DNA of 64,000 bases from Dipteris shenzhenensis (taxonomy: Eukaryota): assembly GCA_047967505.1 (NCBI GenBank), contig CM106538.1; one strand, written 5' to 3'. The translations under genes and the position numbers were made by a program. The stretch's first letter is position 1. Each line of letters starts with the position of its first letter. The notes below the pieces were generated by a model that saw only the letters and a program-made list of their open reading frames with translations, ran no database searches and had not been told where the DNA came from. Below are positions 1-11,079 of the stretch, piece after piece.

Positions 1-333
1 TCCTTATGGGAAAAGGCTACTGGGAGTTCATTACAGGAAATGAAGAAGAACCAGTTCTTCCTAATGTTCGCAATCAACAGGAAATGCAGGCATTTAAAGG
101 ATGGCATGAGAGAGCCAGAAAAATTATGTACTGGCTGTCTATCAGTATTTCAGATTCAATGATTGTGCATATTCAGGATGCAAGTACGCCAAAGGTGGCA
201 TGGGATACTTTGGCTAAAATGTACAGCACAAATACGCAGGCCAGGAAAATGCAGCTCAAGCAGGAGCTGCACAATGTGCAGAGAGAAAATATGAGCATCA
301 ATGACTACCACATGAAGGTGAAGAAAATTGCTT
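1..333 (+). mobile_element. Ty1/Copia gag fragment (UBN2/Retrotran_gag_2 region), truncated at ~333
   Basis: ORF 6..335 KGYWEFITG...WHERARKIMYWLSISISDSMIVHIQDASTPKVAWDTLAKMY...LKQELHNVQ is typical Copia gag; it breaks abruptly after KVKKIA. Confidence 0.85.
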
Positions 334-2047
334 AATGAACTCCACCAAACAATAGACATCGGTTTCTTTATTTCTTTCCTCTGAGTTGCAGTGTGCTCTG
401 GTGCCTCAAAGGATATCTTCCCTGTTTCATATGCTTGGCAAACATTCACCATGCTCTGAAACACTGAGTCCTCACAGAAGACAATGCAAGTAACATCCCT
501 GTATCTTGCAATGGCGGTGTTCAAATCCTTTGCCTCAACCTTATTACTTGGTATGCCTTGCGTATTACTTACAACACCTTTCAAGCATCTATAGAATCAA
601 GTCCTCTTTGCCATGTACTCAGATGTAGGTTCCCTGCCCTTCACTGTTTGTGGCTTTCCACAGCCCATCCATAACTCCCTTGCCTTTATTAAGATCTCAG
701 AAAGAGACGAGCTTTTTTTCAACCTAAATGGAGCAGAATTTAGCCTTTCCGATTCTAGAATATACTTTGAGTCATCGTTAAATATGCATATATGACAAAT
801 GACCCGTTGAAACTTTTCCATCCACTCAATCTGTGGCAAGTTTCCTTTTCTTCCCTCATCAAGGGCAATCCTGCAAGCTTCACAACAGTCTTGCCCATCA
901 ATGGGCTCAAACCTACATCTTTCCAAGAATCTATTCTTTGCCAGCATGTATCTCTTCTCGATGTCAGTCCCATATTGGCTTTGGTACAAAGCCTCTCCAT
1001 GAACAAAGTCACTCCTAAAGTTCTCAAAAGCTTCAAGAAAGTCCACGCGCTTTTGAAATGTGACATCAGGCAATGTAGGATCATCTTCTTGAAGTCTCTT
1101 AAATGCCATAGGATGAAGAGTGATATTAGTGGCAACTGGAGTTCTTGTTTTCCTCATATCTTCATACAATTTGTGTGCAAATGTCTTATCTAGCTTTTTT
1201 TGATTTGTGAACAATGAAGCTCGATCAATAAGCATTGTGGCCACGCTGAATTGTGAAAATCCCCAAATGTGCCCCTCATCCTCTGGAGGATGTAAGTCTG
1301 CCACACTTATAGAAAAGTCTTCGAGACTTGTATCTTCTTCTTGCGGATCCTCCTGTTCATCGCTATCCAATTTTTCGCTTGGTTTTAAATAACCTGCACT
1401 TGAATGATCTGCACGTGGAGTAGGAGTTATTTTTGCTCTCTGGAAATAGTTGTAGAACTTGAATCTACTCCATGATCACTCCTTCTTGTTCCTGTAGTTG
1501 CAGCAGTCGATGGTGTAGGTACAGTTGGAGATACTGTAGTTTCTGCCACAGATATTGTAGTTACTCTTGCCGGAGTTACTGTAGTTATCGCCACAGATAT
1601 TGGCGATACAACTTGAGGATTACATGTTATAGATGGCATACTTACTATTGCACTTACTGTTGCTGAAGGTACAACACCACCACTTGGAAATGCATCCCAC
1701 ATTTTCTTCAATGCTTCTAAGGCACTAAGTAATTCTTGGGATCCCTCAATTGAATCTGGTAAGGGCTTCAAGAAGTGCTTGTGCGTAACTCGTAACTTGT
1801 AAACCACCTCATCATTCTTTCCTTTGCACACAACTTCTATCAAATTGTTTTCTTTGATGTTGATGTTTGAGACCATGCCACCATTTCTTACTGCCTCTAG
1901 AGAATATTTCACGCTTGACACATTGTCTGCAGTGATCACCAAAAAATACTTTGATTTGCGCTCCATAAAATACCAAGCATTTTCAAGGTATTTAAAAGAC
2001 ACCTTGGAACCAAAACTAGAAGCCATAATTTTCTGAAAAACCATCAA
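334..2047 (-). pseudogene. Degenerate ~570-codon ORF with a ParB/Srx-fold (DGQHR-like) motif; probable transposon accessory gene, 3'-truncated
   Basis: ORFs 1427..2047, 597..1370 and 156..584 join into one frame via a frameshift in an AGAGAG run (~1440) and one in-frame TGA (597-599). Motifs: NQKKLDKTFAHKLYEDM...ITLHP...FEPIDGQDCCEACRIAL (DGQD at 888-899). Confidence 0.5.
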
Positions 2048-2049
2048 AA

Positions 2050-2385
2050 ATAAAAAATGAGAATTACAATGATTTTTAACCTCAAAATATTAAATAAATT
2101 TCTAATTAAATATTATTTTAAGTTTTATTTATTTTTAATTTTTAAAATAAAATAAAATAATTTATTTTTTCCATCTTTTTTAAATAAAATTATTTTATTT
2201 TATTTATTTATTTTTATATTTAAAATTTAATTTAAAATTTTAAATTTTTTTAAAGTTTTATTTATTTTAACTTCTTTTATTTTTTTAAAATAAATTAAGT
2301 TGATTAATTTTTTTCGTCTTTTTTTTCTTTTAATAATTAAATTAAATTAACTTTTTTGTCTTTAAAAATAAAATAAAAATTTAAA
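2050..2385. repeat. AT-rich low-complexity spacer
   Basis: Almost exclusively A/T homopolymer runs. Confidence 0.9.
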
Positions 2386-2412
2386 GCCCTTTGGGGGCTT
2401 AGGGTAGGGGAG

Positions 2413-3592
2413 GGATTAACCCCTAACTTGTTGTGTGCGCAATAGGTTGGGGGTTAAACCCCCTCCTCTCCTCCCGCCTCCCCCCATCCCCCTCTCCCTT
2501 CCTCTTTCTTTGCCTCCTCCTCCCGTTTGTGCCCTCCCGTCGACCCCCTCCCCTCCCTCCCGCCTCCCCCTCCTGTCTATGCCCTCCCCACCTACCTCCT
2601 CTCCTCCTCCCTCCCACCTCCTTGCCTGCCTCCTCCCTCCCGATTGCCCTCTCCTCTCCCTCCTCCCTCCCCTCCTGTCCTCCTCACTGCTCCCCACCTT
2701 AAAAAAGAGGGACAAGAGGGGGGAAGCGGGAGGAGAGGGGAAGGGAGCCGAGGGAGGAAGGGAGGGGGCCGACGGGAGGGGAGGCAAGGAAGGGGGAGGG
2801 GGCGACGGGAGGGCAGGAGGAGAGAAGGGAGGGGGGTTTAACGGCCGGGGAAGGGGGAGGGGAGGCAGGGAAGGGAGGGCGGGGAGGGGGCAAGAGGGCG
2901 GGAGGGAGGGGGGGTTTACCCCCACCTATTGCATACAACAGGTGGGGTGGGGGGTATTATTCCCCCACCCCACCTGTTGCATGCGCAATAGGGGGGGTTA
3001 ACCCTCCCCCTCCCTCCTCTCGTCCTTGCTCCCCCCGCCCTCCTACTTAAACCCCCCTCCCTCCTCTCGTCCCCCCTCCCCCCGCCCTCCCGCCTCCCCT
3101 CCCCCTTCCCCGCCTCGCCCCCCCCACCCCACCTATTGCAACAGGGGGGGTTTAACCCTCCCCATCCCTCCTCTCGTCCCCCCTCCCCCCACCCTCCTGC
3201 TTAAACCCCCCCTCCCTCCTCTCGTCCCCCCGCCCTCCTGCCTCCCCTCACCCTTCCTCGCCTGGCCTCCCCCCACCCCACCTGTTGCACACACAACAAG
3301 TGGGGTGAGGGGGGTTAACCCCCCCTCCCTCCTCTCCTCCGTCGGCCCCCTCCCCACGCCCTCCCGCCTCCCCTCCCCCTTCCCCGCCTCCCCCTCTCGT
3401 TAGCCCCCTCCCCTCCCTCCCTCCCTCTCACTTGCGACGGGGAGGGGAGGCGGAGGTGGAGGCGGGGAAGGGAGGGGCCGGCAGGGAGGAGGAGGGGGAG
3501 GGAAAGGGAGGGACGGCAGGGAAGGGAAGGGAGGGACGGCGGGGAGGGAGGGGCCGGCGGGGAGGGGGAGGCGGGGAAGGGAGGGGCCGGAG
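2413..3592. repeat. GC-rich polypurine/polypyrimidine block with inverted symmetry and repeated palindromic motif CCCACCTGTTGC-Nx-GCAACAGGTGGG
   Basis: Alternating C-rich and G-rich tracts. 2420-2478 is an imperfect reverse complement of 2897-2950. Motif copies at ~2421, 2920, 2968, 3128 and 3277. Confidence 0.85.
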
Positions 3593-3694
3593 TTTGGTTT
3601 GAGACCCACATATAGGGTTCATCTATTCCTTTTGTACTAAGAGAGAGAGTTATTTTTGGCTTTCACAACTAAGAAGAGGAAAATTGTTTTCAGC

Positions 3695-4031
3695 CTCACC
3701 TCAATGCCCAAGAAGTAATGCAGCTCTCCCAAATCCTTCATCTCAAACTTCTACTTCAATAGCATTTTCACATGAAGGATATCTTCATCACTATCACCTG
3801 TAATGATCAAATCATCAACATAAATGACAAGCAGCATAATACCTTTCTCTGTTTTTCTCACATAAAGTGAGAAATCTGTCATGGAAATCTGAAAACCAAT
3901 AGTGACAAGATACTATCCTATCTTGTCAGACCATGCTCTGGGTGCTTGCTTCAAGCCATACAAGGCTTTCTGCATCCTGTAAACAAACTCAGGATGAATA
4001 GCATGCACATAACCTAGTGGCTGCTTCATAT
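3695..4031 (-). mobile_element. Ty1/Copia reverse transcriptase fragment
   Basis: Minus strand reads YMKQPLGYV...KALYGLKQAPRAW...VIYVDDLIITG...FEMKDLGELHYFLGIEV (YVDD ~3812-3823). Confidence 0.9.
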
Positions 4032-4293
4032 AATTTTCTTGATTTGTGCAACAGATTGGATATACCCCCCAACCTGTTGCTCGAGCAACAAGTTGGGGGT
4101 ATATCCAACCTTGCACAAATCAAGAAAATTCTTGAGTTCAACAGGTTCGATATATTCCCCAACTGTATATCAAATTATTGCACAAATAAGAAAATTTCTT
4201 GATTTGTGCAATAGGTTGGATATATCCCCCAACCTGTTGCTCAAGCAACAGATTGGGGGATATATCCAACCTGTTGCACAAATTAAAAAAATT
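4032..4293. repeat. Two tandem ~100-bp near-perfect palindromes (hairpins)
   Basis: 4032-4130 (AATTTTCTTGATTTGTGCAA...CTC|GAG...TTGCACAAATCAAGAAAATT) and 4191-4293 are self-complementary, with a ~160-bp period. Confidence 0.9.
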
Positions 4294-4311
4294 CATTAAA
4301 TTTTGGTTATA

Positions 4312-4482
4312 TTTTAGGGTTTAGGATTTAGAGTTTAGGGTTTAAGGTTTAGGATTTATTGTTTAGGAGTTTAGGATTTAGGGTTTAGGGTTTAGGAATT
4401 TAATGTTTAAAGTTTAGGATTTACAGTGGTTAAGATGTTTTAGTATTAATTATTTAAAGTTTAGGATGTAGGGTTTAGGTTT
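4312..4482 (+). repeat. Degenerate interstitial plant telomere-like repeats (TTTAGGG/TTTAGGA)
   Basis: ttttagggtttaggatttagagtttagggtttaaggtttagg...tttagggtttagggtttagg. Confidence 0.8.
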
Positions 4483-4589
4483 AATGCCTTCTCTGCTAGT
4501 TTTGATATAGAAGTTATTAAGTAATAATAAGCTCAATGATTATTTATTATGTTCATTTTGAGTTGCTAATCTATTTTTGTACATAAAAG

Positions 4590-7500
4590 AAGTATTCACC
4601 CTAACAGAGGGTATGGATGTGGTGTTATATAAGAAGAATGAAGTGGTGGCTTTTGGCCGAATTCATAGTCTTGATCCTATGAATGTGTGTCATTTCCAAT
4701 ATTGTGGTGAGAGAAGATGTGTAGTGATAATCACCAACGTTGTAAATCTTGAAGTACATTTAAAATATCCACATGGAGACTTTGAAACATTGGGAGATAT
4801 CTTACAATGTGACATATTTGATAGGCAAGCACACATAACACTCTGGGACCAAGACGAAATTGTTCTAAAGACATACTTTCAAGATATCAAGAAAACTTAT
4901 TTTGAGGGGGAAAAAGTAGAGATGTTATCTTGCTCCGAAGAATTTTAGCAATTGGCAACTTTAAGGGCTATGCTCAGAGTTTTCTTTGTATAATGGAGAT
5001 AATTAAGTTGACTAGTACAGGTGTCATTCAAAATGCAATGGATAGTACTTCACATTTAGACGTCCATAATACTACGTCTCAACTACAAGTTCATGGTACT
5101 TGTAAATGGGGGTTAGCTTTCTTGAAATCAAGTTTGCCCAAGATAGTTTCCTTCAATGTCATGGAAGACAACAGAATATTATCAGAAGAAAAAGACTATA
5201 ACACAAATGGGATCCAAATTGATAAGAAGCTATAGTAGTAATCAAGAGTATCATAGTGGCATGCTCATAGGTATTGAGGACATTATAGTAACAGATGTTG
5301 ATGTAGAAAAGATTTCTTGTATTGCAAGTGACTCAAATATACTCACTGGTATAGAAGACTTGTCTATGTTGCAAGTGACTCGAACAGGCTCACTGGTATA
5401 GAAGACTTGTCATGTGTTGCAAGTGACTCGAACAGGCTCACTAGTATAGAAGACTTGTCCTGTGTTGCAAGTGACTCGAACAGGCTCACTGGTATAGAAG
5501 ACTTGTCTTGTGTTGCAAGTGACTCAAACATGCTTACTGATATAGAAGACTTGTCTTGTGTTGAGAATAATAAGATGGGACCACAAAGAAAAATACATGC
5601 AAAGATCGATGGGATAAGTGATGCAATAATAGGAATTGATGATATTAGTGACAATGATCATGATGTTACCACTCGAACACAAGGCAAAAGGGGTAGAGAA
5701 TCTGAGACTTGTCATGTTGTTCGTAATATTGTTGCTAGCCTGCCAGAGAATATAGATGGGAGAATCTTAAGTTACGAAGGAGAAACAGTTCAACCACAAA
5801 ATTCAAGAGGCATTGGCAACAAATTGACATCAATGAACATGTCTACCAGATTGCCATTTCTAAGATATTATAAGGTATCAAATAATTCTCAAGCCCACAC
5901 AACATTTGATTATAAAGATGAAGATTCAAGGGAAATGGAGTCGAGGTTTGATCGTCTTACAACTAGAAAATGCAAGACACTATTTACAAAAAGAAAGTAT
6001 GTGAGTGTGAAGAGGCAAAGAATCATGGCATCAATTCCAGAACCAAAGAGACATGTAATGCTATCCGAGGAGAATATGGAAAGGATGCTTATGCGAGTTT
6101 GTTGCAAGAGACTTTGCATTAAAAAAGTTGGGAAAGATGATTGTGCAGCCATACGCCTTGGTATTTGGAGTAAGACAGTGCCTAATAAACATAACTATCT
6201 TCTGCAAGAGTTTTCATGCTTTCTTCATCAAGGCACTAATCAAGATTTGAGCACAAGACACTGTAAACCTAGATTGAAACCCATGGTTGATGGGAGACCC
6301 ATTTGCAATCGAGGATATCAATGGTTAATTGGACTATCACATGGCACATACTGGACCATCTGGGCAGAGGTGAAAGAAAAAATGGTTCATACAATTCATG
6401 GGAATACCTACAAGCTTAAATGCCATGGAAGCACTATAAATGCAACCGCAACATTAAAGCAAGTTCTCGAAGACCATGCATTACCACAACCTCATCTTCA
6501 ACAATCAATGCTAGATGGACATGTCGAATGCCAACAACATCTTCCTTTGGGAATGACAAAGAAGGTCATCCTAGAAACTGTCAATAAAACTTTACAAGAC
6601 AGAGACGAGAGCATGATTTCACCATCAACCTTGTACAAATTTTGGCATAGATATTTTTGCCATGTCAAGACACCATCAAAGCAAAGGATGTCAAAATGTA
6701 AGACATGTGATGAATTAAAAAATGCCATTGAACATAGTAAATGTGAGTAGCAGCAAGGAAGATATATTAAATGGCGATCAATCCATTTACGTCATGTGCA
6801 GGATGCTCGAAAGTTGTATGCTTCTTGGAGAGAGGAAGCTATTTCACATGTCGATAAGTCCATGTGCATCACCATTGATGGCATGGACCAGAATACAACC
6901 ACTTTGCCATGATATAGACGTATCCCACTAGCATTGGAGGGAAAATGTGGACTAAAAACACACTTGTGTGGAGTATTAGTACCTAGATACCGAATCTTTT
7001 GTGATGTATGGATTGATAGTTTGCATGACCATGATAGTAACCAGTTTGTTACATCAATCATGAAAGCAATAAGAAAGGTCAGAGATGCTCACGGATGTTT
7101 ACCTAACACATTGCAAATACAAGCTGATAATTGTTGGAGAGAGAACAAGAATAAATATATATTTGCTTTATGCTCTATGCTGGTTGGTTTGAAAATATTT
7201 GAAGAAGTGGAAGTTGGCTTTCTTCTTGTCAGCCATACACATGAAGACATAGATCAAATCTTCAGTGTTATCTCTAGTGAGTTGAAGGCAATGGATGTTT
7301 TGACAATGGAGGATATGCTATTTCGAATTGGGAAAAAAATTGGAGGTTCTCGCAAGGAAGAATCAGAAGTGGCTATCTTAGAGAGGATGGTAGATTGGAG
7401 AGCATTCATAGAGCCACATTTACAAACACGAGATGATGCCCTACTAGGACACACAAATCCACACTACTTTCGGTTTCACATGCATAACAATATTCCAGTG

Positions 7501-8402
7501 ATGCAATGGAAGCACTACTCAATAGATGGAGATCATTTATGGAGTGAGTCATATGCTTTATTACAACAAATAATTCCATTGGAGGAAACTAGATTTGTTC
7601 TTGCGAAAAACAAATCACTTAACATAGATGAAATGAAAGGCTTGAAAGCCTTCATTAAACATCTTCAAAGTATGATGCAAAAATATCCTGAGCAATCAAC
7701 TAAGAATTTGGAGACAATTAAATCAACTGAAGCACTTATCCAATCTTTAGAAAGATAAGAAAACTTAATGAGCATTGAATAGTGTGAATCCTTTTGGCCC
7801 GAACAAGCTAGGTCAGCAAGTTTTCCTTTGGATATAAATATGTTAGTAGATATGGAGGAAGCAGAGGAATGCCTTTTACCTCGAAAATATTGTGGCAGGA
7901 AGGGAGACAAACCCTTACCAAAGTTTATACCATTTAATGAGATTGAAGAGGATCTATTTGTTGCAATTTGAGCATCTGATCCAGGTTCAGAGTTGGATGA
8001 CCAAGGTGGCCCAATTTGGGTTGCAAAGGTTGCTAAGATAGAAAGGGATGACAAGGGAACTCCTATAACATTTACAGCTTTATGATATGAACCAAAGCCA
8101 TTGAAAAATCTCCCGAGAAGATATAGAATAAAACAACTCTATGAGGGATGCTTGCAAAAGAAATGTGAATGGGTTCCAAATAATGAGGGATTTTAACAGA
8201 GGTGGAAGTCAGTAGCATTATTCATTGCTGGAAATTGAGGACACGAAGTTTTAAAAAGAAGCATGGATACAATGTTGAAAAATGTATCACAATCCCTGAT
8301 CCAAGTCGTGTCCATATTAAACATCATTTGGCAAGACTTGACCCATCAAGCACAAATACATTACATGAATCTGATGACTCTAAACGAGATTCAGATGCAT
8401 AA
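4590..8402 (+). pseudogene. Sola1-like (GHTHEDID-motif, DUF7869-type) DDE transposase pseudogene with N-terminal TnpA/Transposase_23-like domain
   Basis: 5407..~8200 is one frame broken only by TAG/TGA/TAA point stops. Motifs: CCKRLC, CKTCDELK...HLRHV, ITIDGMDQN (D at 6877), HLCGVLV, LQIQADNCWRENKNKY (D at 7126), FLLVSHTHEDIDQIFS (7234-7254) and C-terminal FVAI*A...PIWVAKV. Upstream ORFs 4577..4948, 4930..5235 and 5156..5401 link by frameshifts or stops. Confidence 0.75.
5318..5563 (+). repeat. Coding tandem repeat, 5 x 48 bp (CVASDSNRLTGIEDLS)
   Basis: Units start at 5318, 5366 (47 bp, frameshifting), 5413, 5461 and 5509, with a partial unit at 5557. Confidence 0.95.
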
Positions 8403-8434
8403 GATAATGTTTTGTATGCTTTTTTCCATACAAA

Positions 8435-8598
8435 TGGTGTATCTATACACCACCAATAAGATAATTTATTGTATGGTTTGTTCTTCAAAAAAAGGGTGTA
8501 TCTATACACCACTTATATATTGAATTCAACAAACTCTTTTTTTTCAAAAAAATGGTGTATCTATACACCACTTATATGTTGAATTCAACAAACTCTTT
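8435..8598. repeat. Three copies of palindrome TGGTGTATCTATACACCA, two within a ~58-bp tandem duplication; candidate subterminal repeats
   Basis: Copies at 8435-8452, 8495-8511 and 8553-8570, immediately 3' of the transposase. Confidence 0.8.
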
Positions 8599-9019
8599 TC
8601 ATATGGTGTCATATTTTCACTTCATAGTGTTAAAATTGAACTAGAGTTAGGAGACTACTATTATTATTATTATAGTTATTGGATGGGGGCACCATGCACG
8701 AGTTTGGGAATTATAGCTTCACTGAGCCATTTTTTTTTAAATTAGAGGTCACCACTTGACTTTTTAGCTTAGTAAGGCCATATTTGTATATAAGTGACAC
8801 ATTTAGTGCTGTAAAAAACCCAATTTTTGAGCTCACTAAGTGAATTTGAGTGGAGAAGATATGCTCCAAAAAAAAGTCCAAACCAGGAGAGAAAGTCCAA
8901 AAATTTTGAATAGTGTGTTTGGGTTGATCTCTTTAATAGTCGTTATTGAGCCGCCATTGACACCTCTCTCTATCATGATCAGGCTACTTACTCTCTGAGA
9001 GGTACCCTCTTTACTACTC

Positions 9020-9640
9020 CACTCTAGCGAAGGCTTTAGCTTCTTTAGTTTAAGCATTTTCTTGACTTCATTTGACATGATGTTGACACTCGACCCTCCA
9101 TCAATTACAACACACTGCACCTTATGATTCCAAAATTTGACATTGATCAAAGGAAGCTCTTTCTTCTAGATCTTAGATTCGCAGTCACCTAGATCATTGA
9201 TGCAAGAGGGTAGCTTTGGTTCCTTGCTCTAATGTTGGGTTTTAGAATAATATCGCACAATGGGGAATGAGTTACATTAGCTAGCCAATGGTGATTGTTA
9301 CGTTAAATTCCTCGAATTTTTCCCATGCTCCTTGAATTTTCCTCATGCAACTCATCCTTTGCCTTCTTTTTACCAAATTCATGGCTTCCACTTTAGCGAG
9401 TGCTTTCTTCTACTTTGGCTCATGGTTTTTGGTCATTGCCACTGTTTTTTTCTCATTTTGTTGTTTTTCTTTTTTGGTTTTGCCTTGGTCAAACCTTGCA
9501 ATCTTGTGACCACTTGGGTGTCCACTTTGGCAATCACGATGCCTACTTGGGGACTCTATTCATTGAAGCCTTTCCACAAAAGAAGCATGCCATGTTGTCT
9601 AGCCTTGCTTGCTCTCCTTGGGATATGTATAATTTTTTAG
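9020..9640 (-). mobile_element. Ty3/Gypsy gag-protease remnant
   Basis: ORF 8836..9150 contains retropepsin-like VVIDGGSSVNIMS; upstream has a VVTR-type gag/PR linker motif. Confidence 0.65.
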
Positions 9641-10644
9641 TAAAAACCTATGAGCAAAAAGTCCAAGCGATAATATTTTACACCAACCATTCTAGTATAT
9701 TTCTCAAAGGAATATACAATTCTTTCTTAATTCCTTATTTATGGAACCATATACTTGCTTATTTATCATTATAACCCTCATTTTAGTGAACATCATCTAT
9801 ATATGAACAAATAGTGAACACTTTAGAAACTCTTATATATGCCTCCCTACCATACTCCCTTTTGAGGATTATGGTAATTCAATTTACCTTAGCTTTAGCA
9901 ATCCCATATTTCAAACATTGAGAAGCTCTCATGAAAGAAGGTATACCATATTCCTTGATGAGTAGAGATATTGAAAACCCTCATACTTGAAGCCATTATA
10001 ATCGATCATACATTCATTTGCACTGCATTATTAAATATGGGAAGGCGAGCGATGGGATTTTTAAAATATTCCCAATTCTCCAAGCCTAAATACTTTGAAG
10101 GAAATGTGGCCCTACTGAACTCCCTCCTACCATAATATGAATTAGGAAGAAGTTGTAACTCTCATATACATTTTTAAATTCCCAATTTATCTCTTCTAGA
10201 TCCCTTAAAATTATACTTTTAATCCTACCATTGCATAGATCATGAAATTCTAAACATTTTTCCTTTTACAGTTCCTCAATCCGAGCTAAGAAGGAAAAGT
10301 TATGACCCCTTCTATGTAGGCCCTCCAAGGGTATCCCGTGGATAGAATTGGGTTGGGGCAAGTTCTTGAAACCATATTCCTCTGGCAGAATACACCTAGA
10401 GGGTCTATCAAAAAGGGATTATATCTTTTTCCTAGCTCACCCTAAGGAATTGTAAAGAGGATAGCTACTCAAAATTTCATGATCTATCCAATTATGAAAC
10501 AAAAAAAAGGATATTTGAAAATCATAAAATAATTCACCACTTGGACATTATATATGTATATTTGCGATCATGGATTGCGCTTAATAAAATTTAAGGTTTC
10601 ATTTATAAATCTCAAATGTTGAGGAATTCTAAGAAAATTTGTGA

Positions 10645-10647
<3 letters not shown>

Positions 10648-10677
<30 letters not shown>
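10648..10677. repeat. (CA)n microsatellite
   Basis: Direct observation. Confidence 0.95.
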
Positions 10678-10680
<3 letters not shown>

Positions 10681-11079
10681 TATTCACAAAGTTTCACTTG
10701 TCTTTCATTAAACCAAACTTCTAAACACACACATACACACAAACAAAAACACAAGATATTCAACTATAAATAAATATCTTATAAATTCTCTCTCTCTCTC
10801 TCAAAATTAATCTCCTCTAAAAATTAAGGCATGCGATCTCCCACCAACTTACACATGATTGTTGGATAACTTCCCAACATGATAGGATCTAGAGATTGTA
10901 GAGAATTCAAAGATAATAATCAGAGGCTATTGCCAAGACATACAAAGCATGTATCACAGGGCTTTACATTCAAGTTCCAACCTTATGTTGTAGCTTAGGT
11001 CACCCGACATGAAAAATCCAGGCTCCGTTTAACATCTTTTTCATCTTGTGATTTAAAATTTCTTAGAGGAACAAAGAAG

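Noticed and set aside
2416-3622. Many Pro- or Gly-rich ORFs on both strands
   Set aside because: Artefacts of stop-poor G/C low-complexity DNA; no domain signal
4312-4482. True telomere or chromosome end
   Set aside because: Short, degenerate and internal, with ordinary sequence on both sides
5318-5563. CRISPR-like array (also considered for 4032-4293 and 28675-28990)
   Set aside because: Repeats are contiguous without unique spacers, the context is eukaryotic and there are no cas genes
9780-10640. Short inverted match (ATAGATCATGAAATT at ~10235 and AATTTCATGATCTAT at ~10473)
   Set aside because: Probably part of an unidentified repeat; no termini, TSD or coding signal that I can support
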